64,000 nucleotides of DNA from Gnetum montanum. Its lineage: Eukaryota > Plantae > Gnetophyta. How positions within the stretch are numbered: position 1 is the first letter of the stretch; the number at the start of each line of letters is the position of its first letter. The DNA is taken from positions 248,001-312,000 of the forward strand of contig MNCI01002977.1 in NCBI GenBank assembly GCA_015680685.1. The letters run 5' to 3'. Of the stretch, positions 12,561-26,033 are shown one piece after another. A program made the position numbers and the translations under genes. The notes beneath the pieces are model-generated. The model worked only from the letters and a program-made list of their open reading frames with translations. It made no database searches and was not told the origin of the DNA.

Positions 12561-13469
12561 AACTTTAGTATCTAGGGTAGCTATGGTTTTATTCATTATC
12601 TCATCATGCTATGTGGCATGTATGCATTATAATGTTATAACATGCATAGTTTGCTTGGTTTTCTTGTCCTCTTAAAGTTGCGTTTGTAGGATGAAGCTTG
12701 AAGCCATTACAAAGGTGCAACTCATCATGGCAACAAGCCACCATGTAACCTTAATGTACAAAATTTAGTGAAATTATCTTACTATGTCAAGAGTGCTTGT
12801 ACCATTGGCCTCCATCTAGCACCACTCCTTGAGCCTAGCCTTGTAGCCTAGTTATGACCTTCCATACCTTGGAAAACAATTTTGATCTATGTTTGCCACT
12901 AATGCACTATGGCCATGTGAAATCTCTTTATCATGCTCTACCCTCAAGTCTAGTTGAATGTTACACAACTCATTTAGTGGAAAAATAATTAAGTCCATTG
13001 TACACAACTAGTTTGATGGAAAAACCAAGTTTGTTGAGTGTAACATAACTTATTTAATGGGAAAACCAAATCTAAATGACCTTGGCAAAAGAACCCAATG
13101 AAGGTTTCACCCCATAAGGAAAAATGGGGGAAGTAAACTACCAAGAAGCTGAATGGACAAAGAAACCTTGGAGAAAAGTGATTGGATCCTCAAATGCATT
13201 TGCTGAGTGACCAACACTTTAAAACATGTTAGTGTCATGCTATAATCATGGTGTTAATACTTGGAATGCATTGCTAGCCTCCTTGACCATTTCCCTATGA
13301 TGTCACTACTATCTCATCATTGCAACATTATCCCCATCATCATGAGCACTCTTTGGCATGGTTTGATACGATTGGCTCAGGCATAGAGAGGGAATGTTAG
13401 TGGTGGATCTATAGTTGTGTTTTTTTATTCTTTTTTGGTTCGTCTTGGATCAATCCTCCTAAAACCAAC

Positions 13470-13482
13470 AAAGAGGAGCGAT
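13470..13482 (+). promoter_or_regulatory. E1 polypurine tract
   Basis: aaagaggagcgat followed by taaaac, matching E2 aaagaggagccaa-TGAAAC and E3 aaagagggaccaa-TGAAAC. Confidence 0.75.
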
Positions 13483-13985
13483 TAAAACCAACAAATGTGC
13501 ATGTTGTAACCATTTTTTATCATGTAGCCTTCACCCCATGAAATTTGAGGCAAAACTTCATTGTAAATGTGAAGATTGTAACTCATGAGAGACAATGTCA
13601 CATATTTCATACTTTTGGGACTAAAAAATGCCTCATAACTGGTCAAAGCCTCATCCCCCAAGTGGAAAAAATCATGTAATGTCTATATTTGGGATTTAGG
13701 GGGGATGCTATCAAAAATGCCTTTTGGGATGCCAAAAATGGTAATTTAATGGGTTTTATAGGGGGTAGATCTCACCTACCCATAATGTGGAGGAGGATGG
13801 GTCACCTACTCCTAGTGTCGAGGTGTATGGTGGCATCTATGCTTAATGTGAAAACTTCACTCCTAGCATGGAGACTGCATGCCCCTAGCATAGAAGCCAC
13901 ATGCACCATATTTCAACATTCCATGCACTTTGACATTGACCATGCATTCCAACAAGGATGGTAGAAGGCCCAACATAGAAGATTT
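13483..13985 (+). repeat. E1 3' LTR, left part
   Basis: Follows the PPT and is interrupted by the SIRE insertion (TSD gattt/gatct). Confidence 0.7.
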
Positions 13986-15225
13986 TTTGGATCATTAAAC
14001 TTAAAGTGGGGGGTGGGGGAATGAATATGTTTCCCAAGTTAAAAAGTTTTCAAACAAAGCATACACACCAAATTTAATGTGGTTCCCCAACTTGGGTAGT
14101 CCACAATCAAAGGGTAGATTGCAAGTACACCTCTAGACTTTGTTGCTCTCATATGTGGTTTGAAGGGTTCACACCTTGTATAGTCTTCAAGCCCCACTCT
14201 AAAGTGTTGTGCTACAACACCAACCATTCAACCCCATAAGGTCATGTTAGGCTTGGAATGTGGTTTCCAAGCTTTCACAACCTTTATAATCTTGAGCTTC
14301 ACTCTAGAGTATTATGCCATAACACCAAACACTCAATCCCGTAGGATCTTGACAAGCTTAGGCAAGATGCCTTCCCACAAGAAGCACATAAACCCCACAT
14401 GGCAAGAAGGGAGAACAATTACAAGGGATAAATGTAACTTAGTTTTTTAATCCTTTCACTTTGAGGTACAACACACTTTACAATAAACAAAAGATAGATT
14501 AATGAGGAGCAACAAGGTTTACAATGATTGAAAAATGATTATACAATGATTGTACATAAGATTTTCACTTTTGCCAATGGATATGATGTCTTCTTATAGC
14601 TACCATATTTCTAAATCCATCTTGGAACTTGTGCAATGGCTAGCCAACATTCACTAACAATCATGGAAGAAATTTTTTTATGCCTGAGAAGTCTTTCTGA
14701 ATTTGCCTTCTATTTTAGGAAGATGTCTTTGTTTGGAAAAGGCATGTTTTTGAAATCTCCATTCTAGGAAGACATGTTTGTCTAATGGGGAATGTATTTT
14801 TGAATTTTGCCTACATTTTGTAAATACATCTTTCTCTATTGAATATGTCTTTGCCCAAAGAAAGACATCTGTTTTTTCTTGAAGATGTCTTTATTTGATC
14901 ATTCTCTAATTTTGCCAAGATGTCTATTGTTTCTCAAAGACATCTTTCTTCAACCTTCCTTTGCATGATGAATTCATTGTTCCTTTTTCATAACCTTAAT
15001 CTTCCACATGTTTCAATGATAAATTTTCTTGTCCATGTTCTTTGAATTCTTTTCCTTTGAGCTTGTCTTTTATATATAAACCCTTGAGACCATGTGAATA
15101 ACTTTCTCCTTTGATTACACTAGTGCATTCCTTGTCATCTAATCTTGGTCCTACAACCACAAAAACCACACACACATCCTTTGTCTCCATTTTACTTAAT
15201 GTTTTGACATACCAAAAGGTTCACA
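13986..15225 (-). repeat. SIRE 3' LTR with repeated palindromic AAGACGTCTT-type motifs (~14685-14950)
   Basis: Colinear with 18479-19590+40296-40414; ends ...ggttcaca next to the PPT. Confidence 0.9.
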
Positions 15226-15310
15226 ATCTTCCCCTTTTTGGTGATGTTCAAAACTTAAGAAAATGGGTTAGTGATCATACAAATATAACCATAATACTCT
15301 CCCCCTTTTT
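15226..15310 (-). promoter_or_regulatory. Multiple polypurine tracts (Sirevirus signature)
   Basis: atcttccccttttt at 15226 and actctccccctttt at ~15296, i.e. AAAAGGGG(G)AGA on the minus strand. Confidence 0.8.
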
Positions 15311-16858
15311 GAATAGTAGTAAAAAGGAGAAAGGACATAAACTTGATACAAAAGAGATATTAGAAAAGAACAATAATTTCTAGAGAAAATCCAAAATCAA
15401 ACATCATGACATAATCCCAAAAATAGTGAAGTAAGAAAATCAATTTAAGGAGGACACATTTTTTAGCACTAAGTTCAATGAAGAGGTGCCCCTAATTTTT
15501 CAAGAACTAATCCAAGCCTTCCAAGTGATATTCCAACTTAAAGCTTGAAGTGAAGTATAAACTTTGAAGATCAAGTAACCTATCTTTGAATCAATAAGTC
15601 ATTAGTAGTACATGGTGCTTTTAATGTTCAATTACTCTCTATCTTTAAAAAAAACATTAGTAAAAGATTAGGGCAAATCTTATATGATAAGGAGAATACA
15701 TATTCATAATGTGAGTTCAGTCATGCCATATTTTAAATTCTTGACCTAGGAAGTGCATCTCAAGGAAAACTACTTAAAGGATGTTTCAATCAAAATTGTG
15801 GATACTATCCCAAAATCAGAATAATCATGTGCTTGCTCATATTGATGTAAGGAATAATATCACTATTTGCATTCTTTCATAAAGATATATGTAATTCTTA
15901 CTTTGGCTTATGCTTGAATATCAAATAGATGGGCTGATGATACATTAAGACTTGCTCTTATCAATTCAAAATAAGGATCTACAACTAATAAAAAAAAAAA
16001 GAACCAACAACGCATAATTTTATGTGAAAGACCAAGTATAGATCAAGTAGGCTATCTAATTGAAATAAATATTTCATTAGAACATGTATCTTTATATTCA
16101 ATTAGAAATTTGAAAAGCATCAACACAAAGGATATGGAAGTCATAAAAATAACATGCATATTTTGCTTTTTGTACAAGGTAATGTCACAAAAACAACCAA
16201 TTTTCAAAAAAAAATGATAATCATGACAAATAATATCACAAATTTAAGACTTAGCCATCCACTTAAAAAAATACCTGTTGATGTCCTTATCTTGCTCATT
16301 TTGGAATATTTTGCTGTTTCAATGTCTCTTCATTAAAGTCTTCAAAGACTCCCCCTACATTGGTGATCTCTAAGATGGTGATGAATAATGAGGAATAAGC
16401 TCCCCATACACATGTGCTAATTATCTTGGGCTATTAATGTACAAATGTTATAATCACAAATGCACTACAATTGTAGGTCAACATTAAGCTCAAACATGGA
16501 GACTATTGATAGGATTTTTCATAGACTTGTCTTATCTCATAAATAGCAAAAATATCCCAAAGGCCATGAGCTTAGAAGCAGAACATTTCAATAAGTTCTA
16601 ATTAAACAAGATTGGAAACATGAAAAAAATAATAAGATAATGATCCAAAGAAAATCAAGATAAATGCTACACACGTATTTTCATAGAACTAATTATATCA
16701 AGCTCAAAAATGAAAGTAATGGATGCTCTAAACAATTATTCCATCATTTTTTAGAACATAAATAATTTTGGACTTTTCAAATCATGTTCTTATTTTCCTA
16801 GCAACCAAAGAGGTGAAACTTACCTTGACTTACCTTGCTTGTAGGGGAGAAGAGAATA

Positions 16859-18423
16859 TTAATGGAGTCTAAGATGAGGTCCCCTATCATGAAGTACCTC
16901 CTTGTACTTCAATTCTCTCTCATTAGATCGTATATGTGATGTTTCTATTTGTTCATGCTCTTTATGATAGAACTTTTGATTACCTATTGCATTATTTTCA
17001 ATTTTCCACCTCTCTTCATTCTCACTTATTGGTACCTGCACAATTCCCTTAGCAAATCCTTTTTGAAAAGACCAAGCATTAATCTTGTTTTGATCATTAT
17101 GAGTATCTTTAAGAGTCTTCTTACAACCATAATTTTTACAAATAAATAAAGGATTATCCTCATGATCAAAATTATCAAACCTGACTATGCTTAAGCTTGA
17201 GCTTGAGCTTGAANTCACTTGAGCATGAATAGCCTCTAACTTAGAAAGTACTAATTTCTTTACCTTCTTAATCAAATGATGTAAGAGAAAATTTTCTTCT
17301 TTAAATTCACTATACCTCTTGTCACACTTACCATCTTGTTCAACCAAATGTGAGGAATTTTCATTGGTAAGCATCATGCATATGAGATGTTAATCTTTGA
17401 AAGAATTGCATACTTCTTCTTCACTTTGCTCACCATCTTCACAACTTGTATAAAGGTTAGTCCTTTTCAGTTCCTCATCATTGGATCTATTCTTTGGCTA
17501 TACCTTACTATCACTTGAATAACTAGGATATTTGAAGGTCATATGACCTCTTCCTCCACAAACCAAACATTCTATAGAAGAGAAATCTAATTTATAGGCA
17601 TTTAAAAGGTTTTTACCTCTACCTCTACCTTTGAAAAGATTGGGTCTTTGCTAAGATGCTTTCTTGTTTATTCTTATAAGAAATTGTCGTAATTTTCTTG
17701 AGAGAAGAACAATCTCATCTTTGTTGCCCTCATCGTGCTTATTTGACTACTCCTTGGAGGTAGTCATTAGAGCAATAGGTCTTTCTTGGATCACTTCTTT
17801 GCTGATGAGATTCATTTCATAAGCAATGAGAGTACTTTGAAGCTCTTTGAATTTCAATGTTGAGAAATTTTTTATTTCCTCCATAGCTATGACCTTTGGT
17901 CTGAACTTTGGTTGTAGAGTTTTGATCATTTTGATGATGACATTGCTTTCAAATGGATCTTTTCCTATTCCTCCAATAGCTACAACAAGATCACTAGCTC
18001 TAGCGAAATAATCCTTAATTTTTTCACCTTCCTCATTTTGAGTTTATCATACTTACTTTGTAAAACTAATAATTTCAATTGCTTAACAATAGATGTTCCA
18101 TCATAAGTAGCTTCTAAATTTTTCCAAATTTCTTTGGTTTTTTTACATCTTAATACTCTATTAAATTCATATTTATTCAATGCACAATATAAATAATTTT
18201 TTGCTTTTGAATCAAACATGAACTTATCCTTTTCCACTTGTGTCCATTTAGTGCAAGGCTTGATGATGTTGGTGAAGTTGTTGATAGGTAGAGCGTAGTC
18301 TTCAAGGATTGACTCTCACACTTCAAATTCCATGGATTTGAAAAATCCTTACATTCTGGCTTTCTAGTAGGAAAAGTCAAATCCATCAAACATGGATGGC
18401 TTTATGTAAGATGTCCCCTCCAT
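16859..18423 (-). pseudogene. gag: SIRE gag (decayed)
   Basis: MEGTSYIKPSMFDGFDFSY*KARM; KAKNYLYCALNKYEFNRV; FRPKVIAMEEIKNFSTLKFKELQSTLIAYEM; knuckle ECLVCGGRGH. No PR/INT/RT seen downstream. Confidence 0.85.
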
Positions 18424-18464
18424 TTTTCACTCTTGAAGTTGATGATGACAAAGAAGAGTACCAG

Positions 18465-18476
18465 GCTCCTATACCA
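18465..18476 (-). promoter_or_regulatory. SIRE primer-binding site (tRNA-iMet type)
   Basis: gctcctatacca reads TGGTATAGGAGC on the minus strand, 10/12 to TGGTATCAGAGC, and abuts the LTR. Confidence 0.8.
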
Positions 18477-18478
18477 CT

Positions 18479-19590
18479 TCTGGATCATTGAACTTAGAAG
18501 GGGAGGGATGAATAAGTTCCCAAAGTTAAAACTTTTTCAAACAAAGCACACATATCAAATTTATTATAGTTACCCAAATTGGGTAGTCCACACTTGGAGG
18601 GTAGATCACAAGTACACTTTCAAACTTTGTTGCTCTGAAATGTGGTTTGAAGGGTCCACACCTTGTATATTCTTCAAGCCCTACTTCAGGAGTGTTGTGC
18701 CACAACACTAACCACTCAACTCTACAAGGTCCTATCTAGCTTGGAATATGGTTTCTAGGCTTCCACAACCTTTACAATCTTAAGCTCCACTCTAGAGTGT
18801 TGTGCCACAACATTGAATACTCAATCCTACAAGATTCCAACAAGCTCAAGCAAGATGCCTTTCCACAAGAAGCACATCAAACCTGCAGGGCAACAAGGAA
18901 GAATAATTACAAGTGATAAGTGTAAATCACTTTACTAATCCTTGTACTTTAAGGTATAACAAAGTTTACAATGAACAAAAGATAGAACAATAAGGAGCAA
19001 CAAGGTTTACAATGATTGAAATATGATTATATAATGATTGTACACAAGCTTTTCACTTTTCCCAATGCATATGATGGCTTCTTATAGCTACCATGTTTCT
19101 AAATCTATCTTGGAACTTGTGCAATGGCTAGCCAACATTCACTAATGGTCATGGAAAATGTCTTCTTTGTGTTTTAGACATATTTCTAAATTTTCCTTCT
19201 ATTTTGAAAATACGTCTTTGTTTGGGAAAGATGTCTTATCCATTCTAGGAAGACATCTTTGTCTAATGGGAGATGTCTTTCTGAATCTAACCTACATTCT
19301 ATGAAGGCATCTTTCTTTGGTGAAGATGTCTTTGCCCAAAGAAAAATTTTTGCTATTTCTTGAAGACATCTTTGTCTGATCATTCTCCAATTCTACCAAG
19401 ACATCTACTATTTCTTAGAGATGTCTTTATTAAATCTTTCTTTGCATGATGAATTCGTCATTTCTTATCCATAGCCTTGATCTTCTACATGCTTCAATGA
19501 TGAAAACTTTACTTGTCCATATTTTTTGAATTTTTTTCTATTAAGCTTGACTTTTGTGGATGAACCCTTGAGATTGTGTGAATGACTTTC
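18479..19590 (-). repeat. SIRE 5' LTR, main part (continues at 40296-40414)
   Basis: Matches 13986-15105; broken at ctttc by E2. Confidence 0.9.
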
Positions 19591-21377
19591 TATGATGATC
19601 AAAAATGTCGGTGGTTAGAACACTAAGAGGTTAGCAAGCATATAGCTTAACCTTGAGTCCATGTAAGGGCCATGCTGGAAGTAGAGATGGGGTGTCCTAA
19701 ATAGTCCAATTGAATAGGGAATTATAAGGTGTTAAGATGAACATGTGCAAGAGGGGTTTATATAGCGTGACCTATGGGTATCAGCGCTAGCTAAGCTAGA
19801 GTGTAGCAGGGTGTCTTAGCCTAAGAACAGTGATGTAAATGTGCAAATACTTATGAAATAGTGAGAAAATGCAAGTGATATGCTAAATACCAAAGAAAAA
19901 TGCTTGAAAAATACAACAAAAATTGAGAACGAAAGTGCATCACCCCAAATGGGAAAGTGTGATAATTACAGGAAAAGAGATGAGTGGTACGCATTGTATA
20001 GGTAGGCATAGTGGAAGCGTAGCAGTGTAGTCATAGTCTTTGGGATGTCTAGAATGTGGAATTGATGGCTACCATGGGGACTGAACTTGTTGAGTTGGCT
20101 ATTACTGTGTTTTGTAGGTATAGTGGTGAACTAGAGGTTGGACAGTGTGTGCTAGTTATCCGATAGGGCCCTAGAATGTGCCAAAGTGCTAAGTATGCTT
20201 GAGTCCGAGAGTGCTAAGGATGCTTAGAATGTCAAAATGCCCAATTCTCTTTTGATTTTCCAACCCATAAAATGTTGAATGCAATGGTATTTATAGGGCT
20301 AGGGTTAGTGCAAAATGCAGATCAGGTGCCACGTGGCACAAGGGTAGATGGTGCTTACTCTAATCATGCTACGCTCCCATGGGAGTAGTAAAGTGTTATA
20401 CTCTAGAGTGCTACAATGAGTCCCCAAAGATTGCTAAATTGTGACTACACTACCAAGATTGCATGTGCAAAAATTTAAATAACTACAAAGTACTTACAAA
20501 CAATGCAAAAGAAAGAAAAATGTGCAACTTGGAGGCTACGCTTTGGGACTAAGTCTTCCCCTCTTTCAAGTAGGGTCAAGCCTAGGTATAATTTGGAGGA
20601 CTAATGGGGTTGCAAAAGATATATAAATTGTTGATCCTACTTGCCAGAGGGATGTTGGAGCTAAGAAAAAGATTGATGTTGAGTTTTGGAGGCTTTTGGA
20701 GGTTGTTGGTGGCTTTTCTTTAGTGTTACACTAGCTACACTCTAAAGCGCAGCACAACACTTAGTAAGATTTTGCAAAATTTTGATGTCTAGCACTAGCT
20801 ATGCTAGCTCCACACTAGAGGATAGTAGGGATACTTAGAAAAAAATTGACAAAATATGTAGTTTTCTTTCATGCTACATTGGCTATGATTTGGGGTGTAG
20901 TAGGAGAGATAGCCTTAGGAGTTAGAAAATTTGCCAAATGCCTCTCCCATGCTAAGTTAGCTTGACAACTTCTTGCTTAACACTTAGGCAATATTGGTCA
21001 CTGAAAAGTGCACTGTTCTAGCTATGCTCTATAGCGTAGCAGTCCTAGAGATAGAAAATTTGCTAAACTGTTTCATCCATCCTAGGCAATACGGAAAACT
21101 TTTGGCTTGGCACTTGAGCAAACTGGCCATGGAAGTGTGTGCTATGTTGGATATGCTCTAGAGTGTAGCAAGCATAGTGAGAGCATAGTAGGACACTTAG
21201 AAAAATTTTCATGCAACTACTGTTGACAGTTAAAATTTTTTTCAAAACAGGCCTTAACGCATGCTACGCTAGTTATGCTAGGGAGTGTAGCACAAACACT
21301 TGGAAAAATTTGCCAAGTTTTGATACTTAGAAAAATTTGCAGCTGATGTGGTGAAGCCCAAAATTGGTGTTGTTTCA
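19591..21377 (-). repeat. E2 3' LTR
   Basis: Colinear with 38523-40290; ends tgtttca next to PPT ttggctcctcttt (21378-21390). Confidence 0.95.
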
Positions 21378-22874
21378 TTGGCTCCTCTTTATTAACATTT
21401 GTAGGAGTGGCCCGAGAGACGGTGATAGAGAATAAAAAATACCATGATAAACAAGACACCAACATTGCTTGTTATGATAGATTAGACAACACTTCACCAT
21501 GCTCAAGAGTGTTAAGAGAATAAAGTATGGTAGGGAGTAGGTTAAGGAGATGGACCAAGGGATAGAAAATGGAAAGGATGCTCATTGTGCATGCAGCTAT
21601 AGGATGCGACATCATGATGGCTTGTTGCCAAATCATGATCCCTCCTTAGGGTGTTTGTGAGGGAGTTAGCATATGACTATGGCTTGCCCCTAAAAATTTG
21701 ACCTCTCGTCAGAGTGCTTGTGAGATGGTCAATATGGGGGTGGACCAGTTGCGAAATGACAACTTTGCTATTTTTACTTGGACACTTATTTTTGTCCCAT
21801 TTTTTTGTTTTTTGTCTCTTTTCTTTCTTTTTTTATTTTTATTTTTTATTTTTTTTGGAACTAGGAGATGTATATTATCAGGTGGACTATGTGCTGCTTA
21901 ACAAAATGTTTTTAGAGGCAACTACATTGCATTTGTAGGGTAGGTGTTTACTCCTTGGGATGAGTTGTGTTACATTTGCTTAGACTTTGACCAACCTACA
22001 AAGGCTTTCCTTGGGATGAGTTACATTACATTTGGCATGGATTCTGTGGCTGACTGAAAGAAGGGTGCATTGCATTGGAGAAGCTTATAGGGAATGCAGG
22101 GAAATGTAAGGCAAAGGGGTAAATGCAAATAGGCTATGGCAAAGTAAAGGGGATGTGCACTCTTGAGCTGCTTGACAAGTCAAAGTAGGCACATAGGAAT
22201 AGTGTGGTGACTTGCCACTATGGTGAAATGCAAATATAAATAACCATCCCTAAGGATTCATCTTGTAAATGCAACATAGAGAAAATAAGAAAAATAACCA
22301 CACAATGTTAAATGAAAGTGAACTCCATTTTATGAGTGCACTGCAAGGGCTTCGAGTGCTATGTCAGTTGCAGGTGCATGCAGTGTCCAAAGTAAGAAGG
22401 CCAATGCAGGCATCAATGGTAGTAGGCTATAAAACCTTAAGCAGCCATACTCAAAGTGAGCACCCAAATGGCTAAAGGCACTGGCGATGTAGGTGCTTAG
22501 GACTCCTTATGAAGGATAAGAGCTGGGAAACCTGGTGGCATGATGGGGAGTCACATTGTTGGATGCTCTTCCAAGCCTAGGCAATGGTGAGGGCTAAAGG
22601 GTGGTAGTGCTGTGGCTAGGCCATAGTATTTCTGGTACTCCAGCAAGTGATGCTGATAGTGAGAGCTCCAACCAAGATGACTAGCGATGGTGGTGGTAGC
22701 TTTGGAAGGTCAACAAGATTCTTGAAGGCATTTCTAGAAGATTAGCGAGATGCTAAGGGTAGTGACATTGAAAAGGTTCTAGATGTCTTTTTCTTGACAA
22801 CGTGAACTTCATTTTGGAACTGCAATGCTCCTTCATAGAACTATGTGTGTTAAACTATGGTGTTGAACTGTGAA

Positions 22875-23272
22875 CCCAATTTATGATCTTGGTAGACCAC
22901 ATGCCATGCTAGTTTAAGTTCCTAGCAAATCATGAACCTAGTTTAAGGTCTTGGTAGATTGTAATCTGCTAGTTTATAGTCCTAGTAGACTGCTATGTGC
23001 TAGTTTAACGTCGTAGCGGATGATGGATGGCTAGTTTAGGTTCATGGCAGACCATGTTGTGGTTGCTAGTTTAATGTCATAGCCCAAAGACACTTTGTGC
23101 TAGTTTAACATCATAGCACACGTTCTATGCTAGTTTAATGTTGTAGTAGATGTTCTATGCTAATTTAACATTATAGCCAACATTTTGTGCTAATTTAACA
23201 TCGTAGTAGACTTTCTATGCTAGTTTAACATCGTAGCAGATGTTCTATGCCAACTTAACATCATAGTGGACA
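22875..23272 (-). repeat. Pseudoknot-motif array D (13 units, ~30 nt period), ~30 nt after the INT stop
   Basis: On the plus strand gcta-gtttaa-NNNC-N6-GNNN, e.g. agtc-ctagta-gact, cgtc-gtagcg-gatg, catc-gtagca-gatg. Confidence 0.9.
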
Positions 23273-23304
23273 TTCTACTTATCTTGCTATGTCGATGCTG
23301 CATA

Positions 23305-24916
23305 TCAGGTGTAGTAGGGCTTGTGGTATGAATGGTTGATTGAGTTGGCAAACTCATTATCATCTAGATCAACAAGCTTGAATGCTCCATTGTCATAGGC
23401 CTTTATGACCAAGAAAGGCCCTTCCCAATTAGCTGAGAATTTGTTTGTGGGTTCAAAATGACCTTGAGGACTAGGTCCCCTTTCTTGATCAGACATTGAT
23501 GCTGATTATGGTGATGTTTTTGTTGTTGCTTTTCCTAGTACCACTTGATTCGATCAAGTGTTTGCATGCACTCCTCCTCTATAAAGTTGAGGTTAATGAT
23601 TCTCAACTCATCATTCTGAACCTCATCAATGAAGCTTGAGAGGATCATATGAAGTGATGGAACCTGTAATTCAAGAGGTAGCATTGCTTTAGATCCATAC
23701 ATAAGACTATATGAAATCTTACTAGTTGCTATTTTGCATGTCATGCAGTAGGCCCATAGCATGTAGATGAACTGTTCATGTCATCATCGTTTGTTGTTGC
23801 TAAGCATCTTCTTCAGAAGGTTGACAATGACTTTGTTTGTAGCCTTTTCTTGGCCATTCACCTATGGGTATTATGGTGATGAAAAGGAATGTTTAATGCC
23901 AAGGTGTTCACAGAAGGCTTTTTTTCTACACTACTAAATTGTGGCCCATTGTCTGTGACTATAGTCATGGGTAGACCGAATTGGGTCACTATGTTATCAA
24001 GAATAAATTTGCAAACCTATTGTGATGTTGTCTTACTAAGGGGAATGGCTTCAAGCCACTTGGTAAAGTATTCAGTTGCAGTTAAGATGAAGCTATGTCT
24101 TGCAGAAGACTTAGGCATGATAGGTCCTATGATGTCCAACCCCCAATGTTGGAATGACCACATGATCTATGTGGTATGTAGTTCAATGCATGGCACATGC
24201 ATTAAGTTGCCATGTTGCTGACACACATCACACCTCTTGACCTTGGAAATGTAATTTCACTTCATGTAAGGCCAATAGTAGCCTAAGCATATTTTTTTGT
24301 TACCATTGCCCTGGGTGCCATATGACCTTTTGCATAGTCCCTCATGGACTTGATCAACAATCATTTGCACTTCACTATAGCTAACGTAGGTTAGTAGTAT
24401 TTCATCATAGGATCTGCAACATAAGGTGCTATCACCTACAAGGATGTACTATTGTGATCACTTTTGCACTACATCTTTTTGGGTAGTGGTTAGATGTTGT
24501 GGAGGCTCACCCTATTGGAGGTACATCTTAATATTGTCATACCACTCCTAGGCATAAGCTATTATTGTTGTGGCTATGGATACAATGCTTGTTATTTGAG
24601 TAATAGGTTTAGTGCAATCCATTATTGAAGCGGGTAAGGTAGAAAACATGTTGGGTGCTATGCTTAAGGCTAAGGTGGCTAATGCATCAACAATGGCGTT
24701 CTTGTTATGGGGAATGTGTTGGATATCTACAGTTGCAAATTTCTTGAGCAAGGGTTTTGCCAAATCATAGTAAGGTTGTAAATGTTATGCCTTGCAAGCA
24801 TAAACATTTGTAATTTGGTTGACAATAAGCTATGAATTACCTTAGAATACCATGTTTTGGATTCCTAAATCACAAGTTGCTAAGACACCTCTAAGGAGAC
24901 CTTCATACTCTACTAC
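23305..24916 (-). pseudogene. pol: E2 pol 3' part: aRH C-terminal half and integrase
   Basis: EYEGLLRG, IQHIPHNKNAIVDALA, WGLDIIGP, TDNGPQF, YGSKAMLPLELQVPS, NKFSANWEGPF. Confidence 0.95.
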
Positions 24917-25224
24917 TGTTGGCAACCGTTTGGGACGCGACTGCCAACGAGTGTTCTCGAACAGGATTTAGGTACCTGTTGGTCTTTGGCAACACCAAGG
25001 CCCAGATACCTCCAAAGAAACTCAATAGTTAATGTGAGTATGTGTGTGTGCTGTTTCTGCGTGTGGTTGTGAGAAATGTAACGATTGCGTTGTATGTAAA
25101 CTAAAAATGACTTACTTTAAAGAGATTCAGCCAACTTTGCCAAGTACTATGAGTTATTGAAAATTTCCTATTTTGTTCAACTGCCTAGTCTATGTGGTCC
25201 TTATAATACCTAATTGTAACAAAT

Positions 25225-26033
25225 NNNNNNNNNNNNNNNNNNNNNNNNNNNNNNNNNNNNNNNNNNNNNNNNNNNNNNNNNNNNNNNNNNNNNNNNNNNN
25301 NNNNNNNNNNNNNNNNNNNNNNNNNNNNNNNNNNNNNNNNNNNNNNNNNNNNNNNNNNNNNNNNNNNNNNNNNNNNNNNNNNNNNNNNNNNNNNNNNNNN
25401 NNNNNNNNNNNNNNNNNNNNNNNNNNNNNNNNNNNNNNNNNNNNNNNNNNNNNNNNNNNNNNNNNNNNNNNNNNNNNNNNNNNNNNNNNNNNNNNNNNNN
25501 NNNNNNNNNNNNNNNNNNNNNNNNNNNNNNNNNNNNNNNNNNNNNNNNNNNNNNNNNNNNNNNNNNNNNNNNNNNNNNNNNNNNNNNNNNNNNNNNNNNN
25601 NNNNNNNNNNNNNNNNNNNNNNNNNNNNNNNNNNNNNNNNNNNNNNNNNNNNNNNNNNNNNNNNNNNNNNNNNNNNNNNNNNNNNNNNNNNNNNNNNNNN
25701 NNNNNNNNNNNNNNNNNNNNNNNNNNNNNNNNNNNNNNNNNNNNNNNNNNNNNNNNNNNNNNNNNNNNNNNNNNNNNNNNNNNNNNNNNNNNNNNNNNNN
25801 NNNNNNNNNNNNNNNNNNNNNNNNNNNNNNNNNNNNNNNNNNNNNNNNNNNNNNNNNNNNNNNNNNNNNNNNNNNNNNNNNNNNNNNNNNNNNNNNNNNN
25901 NNNNNNNNNNNNNNNNNNNNNNNNNNNNNNNNNNNNNNNNNNNNNNNNNNNNNNNNNNNNNNNNNNNNNNNNNNNNNNNNNNNNNNNNNNNNNNNNNNNN
26001 NNNNNNNNNNNNNNNNNNNNNNNNNNNNNNNNN
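25225..26033. other. Assembly gap (N run)
   Basis: Ns. Confidence 1.

Larger units (their letters stand above)
1..13985 (+). mobile_element. E1: degenerate Tat/Ogre-like Ty3/gypsy LTR retrotransposon (5' part outside window; 3' LTR split by SIRE and completed at 40420-41297)
   Basis: PR remnant at 1-380, ~8.7 kb spacer, RT-RH-aRH-INT at ~9040-12337, PPT at 13470-13482, then LTR start. Confidence 0.9.

Noticed and set aside
22875-23272. CRISPR array interpretation of the repeat/variable-linker arrays
   Set aside because: Eukaryotic retrotransposon context, no cas genes, linkers only about 5-15 nt, and the variation lies inside paired stems.
23889-24221. Short opposite-strand ORFs over pol and gag (also 28448, 34468, 36261, 59587, 60265, 61132)
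   Set aside because: Antisense shadows of retrotransposon coding sequence with no independent support.
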